Below the pieces are notes generated by a model. That model had not been told where the DNA came from, ran no database searches, and saw only the letters and a program-made list of their open reading frames with translations. 32,000 nucleotides of DNA, from positions 3,450,001 through 3,482,000 of the forward strand of contig NC_010628.1 in the NCBI RefSeq assembly GCF_000020025.1, written 5' to 3'. Both the position numbers and the translations under genes were made by a program. The stretch comes from Nostoc punctiforme PCC 73102. GTDB taxonomy: Bacteria > Cyanobacteriota > Cyanobacteriia > Cyanobacteriales > Nostocaceae. Below, piece after piece: positions 7,791 to 15,490 of this stretch (positions are counted from its first letter, which is position 1; each line of letters begins with the position of its first letter).

Positions 7791-8282
7791 TTAGTAATAG
7801 ATTTTTCCGCCTCCCCACTTAGTGCCAACGATTTTGGGTTGTATGAGGATATGACCAGCGATCGCTTCCAAGTCCTCATCTGTCAGATTTCGCATTGCTG
7901 TGAAAATATCTGCACTCTTGATACTGGGGTGGATTTCGGAAATCTCTTCTTCCCCGTCGTAAGTAGTGGGATTTTTCAGATAATCCACTAAGCCTTCAAT
8001 GTTATTACGGTTGGGTGTTGCCAGCGCCAGATCCTCTGGAGTCAGCCCCACGTTTTGGTTTGTCTTGGTAACTCCCCCAGCATGACATTGGGCGCAAGCG
8101 TAATTAAATAAACGTTTGCCTTCTTTTACTTGTTTCAGGCTAAGTACAGTGGTTTCACCTTCAGCATTTAATGGCACTGTTCGGGTAGCTTTGTCTAGTT
8201 CCACTGCTGTCGCGCTACCAACAAGCAACTGAAACGAGAGTAAAACAGTGGCCACAACAACGCCAATTAGTCTTCTAAACAT
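7791..8282 (-). CDS. psbV: Cytochrome c-550, photosystem II extrinsic subunit PsbV
   Basis: 163 aa with a signal peptide, the CAQCH heme motif, and conserved LTPEDLALATPNRNNIEGLVDYLKNPTTYDGEE and GGGKIYY at the C-terminus. Confidence 0.95.
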   Translation of the reverse strand: MFRRLIGVVVATVLLSFQLLVGSATAVELDKATRTVPLNAEGETTVLSLKQVKEGKRLFNYACAQCHAGGVTKTNQNVGLTPEDLALATPNRNNIEGLVDYLKNPTTYDGEEEISEIHPSIKSADIFTAMRNLTDEDLEAIAGHILIQPKIVGTKWGGGKIYY

Positions 8283-8414
8283 GTTTCCCCTTAAAAATTT
8301 TGACGCTCAACACAGCTAAGAAAGCGGTTCTCAATCTCCAAGCTGCTAATTGCTAATGACTCATTGTTTTTTGTCATGAGCTATCAATGATTAGCTAAAG
8401 CCCAAGATCACCCG

Positions 8415-8630
8415 TTAGGTGTCCTCGTCATCACCCACCAAGTCGCTAGTACCTTTTGGGTGTGTTTCAAACGATATTTGGGAAATAATTGCCTTTGCAT
8501 CTTCTAACGCCAAACGGGTCTTTTGGTGTTTGTAGGCGATTCCCAGTTGGTTGCACAGAGAAAACACTTTTTCTACAGGTATACTGTAGTCGGCTGCTAT
8601 CTCTGCGATCGATAGGTCTGCAAAACCCAT
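8415..8630 (-). CDS. Small conserved hypothetical protein, IF2_N-like helical domain with an acidic tail
   Basis: 71 aa. SIAEIAADYSIPVEKVFSLCNQLGIAYKHQKTRLALEDAKAII resembles the short IF-2 N-terminal-type helical module. Coding status is inferred from this pattern only. Confidence 0.5.
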   Translation of the reverse strand: MGFADLSIAEIAADYSIPVEKVFSLCNQLGIAYKHQKTRLALEDAKAIISQISFETHPKGTSDLVGDDEDT

Positions 8631-8716
8631 AATGCTTGTTAACTGATAGATAGAGATTGAGTCGCTGTAATACCAATATCACGTTAGGAGTGCAATTTGT
8701 TGCCCAAAATACTGTT

Positions 8717-8780
8717 TGGGGAATGGGGAACTTGTACTGAGCGCAGTCGAAGTATGGGGAATGGGGCATTGGGAATGGGG
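8717..8780. repeat. STRR-type GGGGAAT heptamers flanking a gtactgagcgcagtcgaagtat core (dispersed Nostoc repeat)
   Basis: The sequence reads ggggaatggggaa...ggggaatggggcattgggaatgggg. It lies immediately downstream (minus sense) of nothing coding and upstream of the permease stop. Confidence 0.7.
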
Positions 8781-8781
8781 T

Positions 8782-9609
8782 TTAACCTTTTCCCCCAGTG
8801 AAGGTAACGCTTTGAATAAAGTAACGATTAAAAAAGGCGTAAATACCTAAAGCTGGTAGGGTAAAGACCATAGAAGCCGCCATAATGTAGTTCCAATAGC
8901 TGATGTATTGGCCTTTGAAGGTATTCAGCCCCAAAGGGAGGGTAAACATTTCTGGGTCAAATAGGATAACTATCGGCAGTAAAAAATTATTCCAACTTCC
9001 CATAAATACAAAAACTGCCTGTGCCGCTAATGCTGGTTTGGCTAGAGGTAAGACAATATGTCGGAAAATTCCAAAGGTATTTAAGCCATCGAGTTGAGCC
9101 GCTTCTTCTAGTTCTTTAGGAAAATTAACAAAAAACTGCCGCATCATGAAGATAAAAGTGGCATTCACCATGCTAGGCACAATCATGCCTTGGTAAGAAT
9201 TCAACCAACCGATCGCTTTTAAAATCAAAAATGTCGGAATTAGGGTGATTTGCGCTGGTACTGCCAGCACAGCCAAGATGAGAAAGAACCAAAAGCGCTT
9301 ACCTACAAAACGCAGTCTTGCCAGGGCATAACCAGCCATTGAATTTAACAACAAGTTTAAAAGCGTAACGCTAACGGCAATTACCACACTATTGAACAAC
9401 CAGCGCCAAAATAACGGTTCTTGGAGAAATATTTGCCTGTAGTTGTCAAGAGTAAAATTCTTGGGGAGAAAGTTGGGTTCACCACCGACAATCTCTGTTA
9501 GCGGCTTAAATGATGCTGAAAGCGCCCAGAGAAAGGGAATTAGGGTAACGATCGCATAAAGTGTCAGCAAGACGTATAGCAAGACTTTTAAGCCAGAGAT
9601 TTTAGTCAA
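8782..9609 (-). CDS. Carbohydrate ABC transporter permease (MalG/UgpE-like)
   Basis: 275 aa with 6 TM segments and the EAA loop EEAAQLDGLNTFGIFRHIVLPLAKPAL. The TTG start overlaps the upstream stop (TTGA at 9606-9609), suggesting translational coupling. Confidence 0.9.
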   Translation of the reverse strand: MTKISGLKVLLYVLLTLYAIVTLIPFLWALSASFKPLTEIVGGEPNFLPKNFTLDNYRQIFLQEPLFWRWLFNSVVIAVSVTLLNLLLNSMAGYALARLRFVGKRFWFFLILAVLAVPAQITLIPTFLILKAIGWLNSYQGMIVPSMVNATFIFMMRQFFVNFPKELEEAAQLDGLNTFGIFRHIVLPLAKPALAAQAVFVFMGSWNNFLLPIVILFDPEMFTLPLGLNTFKGQYISYWNYIMAASMVFTLPALGIYAFFNRYFIQSVTFTGGKG

Positions 9610-10514
9610 ATCCGTTCGCCTCCAAAAAGTCGCCGTTGAATCAAACTGATGGCAACGATCGCGGCTGCTAACAAAAATGCGATCGCAGCTGCATATCCCA
9701 TTTGTAAATTCCGAAACACAGCTTGGTAAATTAGCAGCACCACAGTTAAGGTAGCGTTGTTCGGGCCGCCAGTACCCCCAGAAAAGATGTAAGACTGGTC
9801 AAAAAGTTGAAAAGTCCCAATCACCCCCACTGCTACCACAAAGAAGGTTACAGGCTTAAGCAAGGGAAGGGTAATGTGGATAAATTGCTTCCATCCATTT
9901 GCGCCATCGAGTTCTGCGGCTTCATAAAGTGTTTTGGGTATATCTTGCAACGCCGCCAGATAAATCACCATGAAAAATGGCGCGGTTGACCAAATGTTCA
10001 TGATTATAATACCTTTGAGGGCAACAGATGGATCGCCCAACCAGTTATAAGTAGGTAGCCCTACAAAAGTGAGAAAATCGTTTAGTAGCCCATCGGTGTT
10101 ATAAATCCACATAAAGATCAGCGTCAGCACTGCTGAAGAGGTGACTGTGGGCAAAAAATAAAGGATGCGCCACCAGTTTTTACCGCGAATCCCAGAATTC
10201 AGAGTTACCGCCAGAATTAAAGCTAAGACTGTTTGAGTTGGCACAACAATAGCTACATATTGTGCTGTGTTTCTTAAAGCAATCCAAACCCTTTCATCTT
10301 CAGCTAATCGTGTGAAGTTCCGAAAACCGATGAACTCGTACTCAATACCGCCGAGAAGTCGGACTTTTTGCAAGGAAAGAAAAACGGCGTAGAGAATGGG
10401 TAAGACTACAAAAGTCCCCAAAACTAGAATGGTCGGCATCATGAACATATACCCAGCTAAGTTTTCTGTGATATTCCACCTGGGGTTACTCCGCCGCCTG
10501 TTGATTGCAAACAC
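9606..10514 (-). CDS. Carbohydrate ABC transporter permease (MalF/UgpA-like)
   Basis: 302 aa with the EAA loop YEAAELDGANGWKQFIHITLPLLKP and a multi-TM profile. Confidence 0.9.
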   Translation of the reverse strand: MFAINRRRSNPRWNITENLAGYMFMMPTILVLGTFVVLPILYAVFLSLQKVRLLGGIEYEFIGFRNFTRLAEDERVWIALRNTAQYVAIVVPTQTVLALILAVTLNSGIRGKNWWRILYFLPTVTSSAVLTLIFMWIYNTDGLLNDFLTFVGLPTYNWLGDPSVALKGIIIMNIWSTAPFFMVIYLAALQDIPKTLYEAAELDGANGWKQFIHITLPLLKPVTFFVVAVGVIGTFQLFDQSYIFSGGTGGPNNATLTVVLLIYQAVFRNLQMGYAAAIAFLLAAAIVAISLIQRRLFGGERI

Positions 10515-10746
10515 TACAGAACCTCCGTTTAATCCCGCACTAACCCGGCTGTAGAGATGGGTTGTGCATGATTATTGATCCTACTCCTGTCATTAAATTA
10601 AGTTTCTATTTTTGGAAAGCCTAGACGCAAAACGGCGATTTACGAGATGTCGGTTGTATGAGTTAGCTGCTTATGTAATTTAGGGAACTATATATCTAGC
10701 TCCCTTGGGGATGCTAATTAACCCGACTCAAGCAAGAGGACACAAA

Positions 10747-13194
10747 ATGTCATATACAGCCTACTTACGTTCGATTAAAAGTGAACTCCAGAGAACTGAT
10801 AAAACTCAAAAAAGCCTACGGTTAAAAACTATCATAGAACAGTTTGGCTACCAGCGTAGAAGTCAATCATTCATAGATAATTTTAATACTGCTCTTGGTG
10901 AATTGGGACTTTGTGCAAATCCTTGCTTGGATTTGTATATTCCACTAGATACAAAAATTGCTATTTCTATTAAAGGTGTAGAACCAATCAATAAAATAGC
11001 TGAATCTGAATCAATTTCAGTCAAACTACAAGAAGCAATTTCAGTCAAACATGATTTTTTCTACTACTTGTTTGATTTTGGCTCTGAACAAGAATATGAA
11101 CGATTTCAAGCATGTTTAGATTCTCATCAGCCAGTAGGTATTTTTTTGATTCCCCAAGTAGAAGATTTCTTCTCTGATACTGTTGTCAAAATATTTAATT
11201 ATGAACTAATTAGAAAATATCAATACGGAGGATATAATAGTATCCCAAAAGCTGCTACTAGAAAAATCCCTACAAGTCTTGCCTCAGATCAAGAGTGTGA
11301 CGATGAACAGGAAAATCCCATTTCTGATGCTAACATTTTTCAGTTTCATCGCTCAACTATGACCAGTATTATACTTGGTAATACTGGTTTAGAGTTGCTT
11401 GATTCGGAAAAATTTGATCGGCAGTTTGAACAGATATCTCTATCTGCCAATAAATATAATTCTGAACAGCTTTTTATTTTATTTCATTGTCCATCAGTAT
11501 TAGAAATCCAAGCTCATCAGCAAGAAGATGCTTTAGGATACTTGGTAGATAGAGTTGCCAGTAAAATTCCTTTTACTTTTACTCTCAGATGTAAATACCC
11601 AAATGAAGCCTCTCTTGAGCATAAAGAAGAAGTATATGCTCATTTTCGTCTACTGCTGGAACTTCCATATTATCAAATAGAGGAAGATGATGCATCTTTG
11701 CGAGATTATTTTGTAGATTTGCAAAAAGCTCAAATACAGGCTGAATCACAGTTATTGTTGAAGATAAAACCCGAACATTTTTACAGTCTGAAGTGGCAAC
11801 AAGAAAGTAAAGAATATATTTATCTCAAGTATTTTGCTATTAAAACCTTAGAAAGTCTAGGATATGAATTGTCTAATATTGGCTGTGAAGTTGAGTTGAC
11901 TTCTAAGGATGAGGAAACATCAGATGAAGATACATCAGATGATTATGAAGAGTATCAAAGCGAAATTATAGAAGTATATGTAAAAAATCAGGTAGTGGTT
12001 GAGATAGAAACTCTCAAATACCAAGAATTTCAGGATAATAATCTCTTTTTAGATCCCCTGAAAAGAGTTTTGAGGCAATCAAAAGTATGGCCGAATAAGC
12101 TAGAAAGTCTTTGGTTGGTAATTCCCGGTTTTGAGATTGCCCGTAACTATTACCAACTAAAAAAGGCTAAGGAAATCTTAGAATATAAGTTATCTGGATA
12201 TTATGGCGATCGCTTCCAGGTTGTAATCATGGCTCCTGATTATGAAAAACACCAATTAGTCCCAGTATCATTTGATTCTATTGAATATCCATCTTTTGGG
12301 TATGGGGTTAAAAAACCTAGTTTATTACAGACATATCCAGTTACTAATCGCGTTAAAGAATTTAAGCTGGACTTTAGCCAAGTAAAAGGTTTAAACGAAG
12401 AAAAAGACAAACTAGATAAACTTCTCAAGCTGCAATCTAAGGGACATAAGGGTTCAATTGGTGGAATTCTTTTCTATGGATTACCTGGATGTGGTAAAAC
12501 TCTACTGGCAAATGCTTTTGCTAATGAGTCTGGCAGATATTTCTTTAAATTCTCCCCTGCTGATATTGTCAGTGTTTGGATAGGTCAAAGTCAAAAAAAT
12601 ATTCGAGATATCTTTGCTCAAGCTAAGAAAAAAGCTCCTTCCGTTTTATTTATTGATGAGTTAGACAGTATTGGGTTTAATCGTAACGAAGACAACGCCC
12701 ATACAGACCAAAAAGCAACTATTAATCAATTACTCATAGAACTAAATAATCTTCAAAATAGTGACGTAATTGTGATAGCTGCTACTAATTATTTGAGCGG
12801 TATAGATAGTGCTTTGAAACGTTCTGGTAGATTGGATTGGAAGATTCCTATCTTTCCACCATCTCAAGTAGAAAGAATAGAACTCTTCATACACTACCTG
12901 TCAAAAATTGATATGAATCAGCTAGTTAACTTTGAAATGCTGGCAGAGAAAAGTATGAAGTTTACGTCATCAGATATCGAGTTAGTTTGTCGGGAAGTTA
13001 GAAATGCTATTCTTCTAGAAGAAATAAGTTCAGCTTTAACAACTTCCGATGTGATTACTTACATCAATAATCTACAAGATGGTGGTTTAAGTCTTAACCA
13101 AGAACAAGTCAAGGAATTTGTGGAAGAGTGTAAAAGAATGAGTGTGAAGAATCCTAAGTTAGAAACCCTGAAATTAGAATGGGCTTTGTATTAA
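10747..13194 (+). CDS. Large fusion protein: about 550 aa of uncharacterised N-terminal region plus a C-terminal classic-clade AAA ATPase module
   Basis: Motifs present: Walker A GLPGCGKT, Walker B VLFIDELD, sensor-1 IAATN, second region of homology with Arg residues SALKRSGRLD, and a helical lid. I recognise no motif in the N-terminal region. The track ORF begins at TTG 10705; the ATG at 10747 is preceded by AGAGGA. The gene is AT-rich relative to its neighbours. Confidence 0.85.
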   Translation: MSYTAYLRSIKSELQRTDKTQKSLRLKTIIEQFGYQRRSQSFIDNFNTALGELGLCANPCLDLYIPLDTKIAISIKGVEPINKIAESESISVKLQEAISVKHDFFYYLFDFGSEQEYERFQACLDSHQPVGIFLIPQVEDFFSDTVVKIFNYELIRKYQYGGYNSIPKAATRKIPTSLASDQECDDEQENPISDANIFQFHRSTMTSIILGNTGLELLDSEKFDRQFEQISLSANKYNSEQLFILFHCPSVLEIQAHQQEDALGYLVDRVASKIPFTFTLRCKYPNEASLEHKEEVYAHFRLLLELPYYQIEEDDASLRDYFVDLQKAQIQAESQLLLKIKPEHFYSLKWQQESKEYIYLKYFAIKTLESLGYELSNIGCEVELTSKDEETSDEDTSDDYEEYQSEIIEVYVKNQVVVEIETLKYQEFQDNNLFLDPLKRVLRQSKVWPNKLESLWLVIPGFEIARNYYQLKKAKEILEYKLSGYYGDRFQVVIMAPDYEKHQLVPVSFDSIEYPSFGYGVKKPSLLQTYPVTNRVKEFKLDFSQVKGLNEEKDKLDKLLKLQSKGHKGSIGGILFYGLPGCGKTLLANAFANESGRYFFKFSPADIVSVWIGQSQKNIRDIFAQAKKKAPSVLFIDELDSIGFNRNEDNAHTDQKATINQLLIELNNLQNSDVIVIAATNYLSGIDSALKRSGRLDWKIPIFPPSQVERIELFIHYLSKIDMNQLVNFEMLAEKSMKFTSSDIELVCREVRNAILLEEISSALTTSDVITYINNLQDGGLSLNQEQVKEFVEECKRMSVKNPKLETLKLEWALY

Positions 13195-13366
13195 CAATAT
13201 GCTATTACAAATAGCGAGCGCTACTTTTTTAGTGCCGAAATAAATATACTCAATTACACGATCGCTTGAACCTGATTGAGTAAATCTCTGGTTTAAGAAT
13301 GCGATCGCTTTTGATTGTGTATATTTTTGTTGAGCGATCGGCAGACTTTCAAATATTCCTATCCTG

Positions 13367-13648
13367 CTATTGTTTAGGGTCGCGTTTGACGTGAAAGCAG
13401 GCGATAATAGTAATTACATCTTGTTCCAAGATATACATCATTCCATAAGGAAATCGGCGTATTAAAACTCGTCGTACTTGTCGATAAACTTGAGGATAAG
13501 CTAAAGGGTTGCGTCCGATTAATGCCAAACTGCTATCGACAGCACGTACAAATTCTGAACCTAATCCAGAACTACGTTGCTCGTACCATTCAAAACCATC
13601 TTGGATATCAAGCTCTGCTTCTGGGCTAATAATTAACTGATAAATCAT
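13367..13648 (-). CDS. Type II toxin-antitoxin system toxin, RelE/ParE family
   Basis: 93 aa. The pattern A..D...I..Y......G...F......L..I..NP..YP......+RR.L+RRFPY...Y......+.I+...H..RDP is typical of ParE-like plasmid-stabilisation toxins. The start overlaps the antitoxin stop (ATGA at 13645-13648). Confidence 0.85.
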   Translation of the reverse strand: MIYQLIISPEAELDIQDGFEWYEQRSSGLGSEFVRAVDSSLALIGRNPLAYPQVYRQVRRVLIRRFPYGMMYILEQDVITIIACFHVKRDPKQ

Positions 13649-13866
13649 TGAGAAAAACCCAGTCTTTGCTTAACCTCTTCCCAGGTTGAACCCTGATTTG
13701 GGTTTTGACGATGTGTTTCTAAACGTCTATCCAATTCTTGTTTTTGCTCTTCGCTCAGAATTACTGCATTAGTGTCAGTTAGAATGCTATCCCATAAATC
13801 CTCTGCAAGTTGTATTCGTTCGGATACGCTTAATTGGGAAATATCAATGTTTAATAGGGGATGCAT
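13645..13866 (-). CDS. Putative addiction-module antitoxin (TIGR02574 / Unstab_antitox-like)
   Basis: 73 aa with LSVSERIQLAEDLWDSI...LSEEQKQELDRRLETHRQNP...TWEEVKQRL, the usual signature of this antitoxin family. It lies upstream of the toxin and is translationally coupled to it. Confidence 0.75.
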   Translation of the reverse strand: MHPLLNIDISQLSVSERIQLAEDLWDSILTDTNAVILSEEQKQELDRRLETHRQNPNQGSTWEEVKQRLGFSQ

Positions 13867-14068
13867 AGTTATTTACTATTGTTAACTAACATTTACAATT
13901 TTAAGTCAATTTTTTGCTAGTTGTTTTGTTTGCTTCATTATGTATCTTCGGTTGAGATAGAGTTATTAATCCCGATTTTAAGTCATTACTCATTCAGATC
14001 CCCAGATTTCTAACTTCTGCAAGAAGTCGGGTTTTGATTCGTTATGAGTACAAAAAACTTGCTATGCA

Positions 14069-15328
14069 TTACTCCATCGCCTTAATTTGCTGATTAGCTT
14101 CATTCTGTGCCTTCATCATCGCTTGCTTTAATGGTTGTTGCCCCAACAAGGCGCTGACAAACTGGTTCTCAAAGTTATTCACGATCACACTTGGATATTT
14201 ACCCACCTGCCAAGATGTAGCATAATCGACTCCCGCCACTAATGGCGATCGCAGTGCATCTTGGTCATAGCCCAAATTCTTTGCCACTGATTTACGTGTT
14301 GGCAAAGCAAATCCTGTTCCTGTCCACTTCTGCATTCCTTCTTTACCCGTGAGATAAGAAATCAACTTCCAGGCTTCGGCTTTGTGCTGTGCTTGCTTGT
14401 TCATCACATAGGCAACTGTAAAGACCATTGTGCCTTTTTTGCCGTTAATCGTAGGTACCGGCGCGGTAGCAAACTCTACTTGGGGAAAGGTTTCAGTTAA
14501 ATAAGGAATTGCCCAGTTACCCTCAATCACCATTGCTACTTTACTCTGACCAAACATTTCACTACCTGAGTTTGTTCCTACATCAGATTTTTGGGCGGAG
14601 GAACGGTCTTTTTGATACTGGTCTACTACTAACTCTAAACCCTTTAAACCTGCCTCACTCGCAAAGGTAGCAGAACCATTTTGATCGATGAGCTGCCCAC
14701 CAAAGGCTTTAATTTTATAAGCCTGACGCGCTAATTCGGGAATTTCCCCAAAGCCGTATTTATTAAGTTTGCCTATCAATTGTTTCGAGTAGTTACGTAA
14801 TTCATCCCAAGTAGCTGGCGGATTACTCAACCCTGCCGCGGCGAATGCTTTTTTGTTATAAAACAGGGCAAGGGTGGAATAGTCTTTGGGAAGACCATAA
14901 ATATGATTTTGATATTTGAAACTATCGAGTAGGGTATCTTCAAAATCCGTTAGGTCAAATTCGGGGGTAATGTAACTTTCTAACGGTTCTAGAACATTCT
15001 GACTCATCAAGAAAGGAGCTTCCAGCGCATCGAGATAAAAGACATCGGGTGCTGCTTCCCCAACCAAACGAGTTTTGATTACATCCATGTATTGGTCGGA
15101 GATTACCTCATATTTGACCTTAATAGTTGGATGTTGTACCTCAAACTCTCGCAATACCTGTCTCAAGAGTTTTTGCTCAACAGGAGAACCTCCCCAGCCA
15201 CTAAGTTTGATACTAACTGCGGTAGATGCTAAGGGTTTGCTTGGTAATTGTAGACTTTGACAAGCAATAATAGCGATCGCGATCGCCATTACTAATCCCA
15301 AAAAATTAAATAATCTTTTTTTGATCAC
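14069..15328 (-). CDS. Sugar ABC transporter substrate-binding lipoprotein (solute-binding family 1)
   Basis: 419 aa with a signal peptide carrying a lipobox-like AIIAC. Family-1 SBP patterns are present (WGG...Q...L...F....P.I.V; DVFYLD; ALFYNK; ATWDEL). Confidence 0.9.
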   Translation of the reverse strand: MIKKRLFNFLGLVMAIAIAIIACQSLQLPSKPLASTAVSIKLSGWGGSPVEQKLLRQVLREFEVQHPTIKVKYEVISDQYMDVIKTRLVGEAAPDVFYLDALEAPFLMSQNVLEPLESYITPEFDLTDFEDTLLDSFKYQNHIYGLPKDYSTLALFYNKKAFAAAGLSNPPATWDELRNYSKQLIGKLNKYGFGEIPELARQAYKIKAFGGQLIDQNGSATFASEAGLKGLELVVDQYQKDRSSAQKSDVGTNSGSEMFGQSKVAMVIEGNWAIPYLTETFPQVEFATAPVPTINGKKGTMVFTVAYVMNKQAQHKAEAWKLISYLTGKEGMQKWTGTGFALPTRKSVAKNLGYDQDALRSPLVAGVDYATSWQVGKYPSVIVNNFENQFVSALLGQQPLKQAMMKAQNEANQQIKAME

Positions 15329-15490
15329 TTGTACCTTCTGTTGTTAAGGAGTGATATTTTACTTATCTAAAATTTTTGTTGAAAATTGCAAGTTAGAATA
15401 ACGAAAACTTATTCAAAATGCTAATAAAAGCATACTGAGTTCTTCGACAACCTAATTTATGTCAGGATGCTTTACTCATAAACATACATT

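Noticed and set aside
7159-7991. Plus-strand ORFs 7159-7392, 7308-7574 and 7623-7991
   Set aside because: They are antisense to petE and psbV or read through the STRR hairpin (PNAQCPIPNALFPM). The opposite-strand genes are unambiguous.
8467-8769. 100-aa minus-strand ORF overlapping the 71-aa ORF
   Set aside because: It is an alternative frame of the same region and extends into the GGGGAAT repeat. The 71-aa frame has the more protein-like helical pattern, so only that one is reported, and with modest confidence.
10705-10746. N-terminal 14-codon extension of the AAA ORF (TTG start, MGMLINPTQARGHK)
   Set aside because: The ATG at 10747 has an AGAGGA Shine-Dalgarno-like sequence upstream, and the protein-like sequence begins there. 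The extension is kept only as a possibility.
11800-12020. Calling a definite PD-(D/E)xK nuclease domain in the AAA fusion protein
   Set aside because: The pattern is only suggestive because no clean D...ExK triad is present (EIIEV ... VEIETLK). It is kept as a hypothesis in the findings and not annotated as a feature.
10529-13974. 9-bp direct repeat TTAATCCCG at 10529-10537 and 13966-13974 as a possible target-site duplication or att site of the islet
   Set aside because: A 9-mer shared between two spacers of about 200 bp has roughly a 15% chance expectation. No integrase, transposase or terminal inverted repeats are present in the islet. It is mentioned as a weak clue only.
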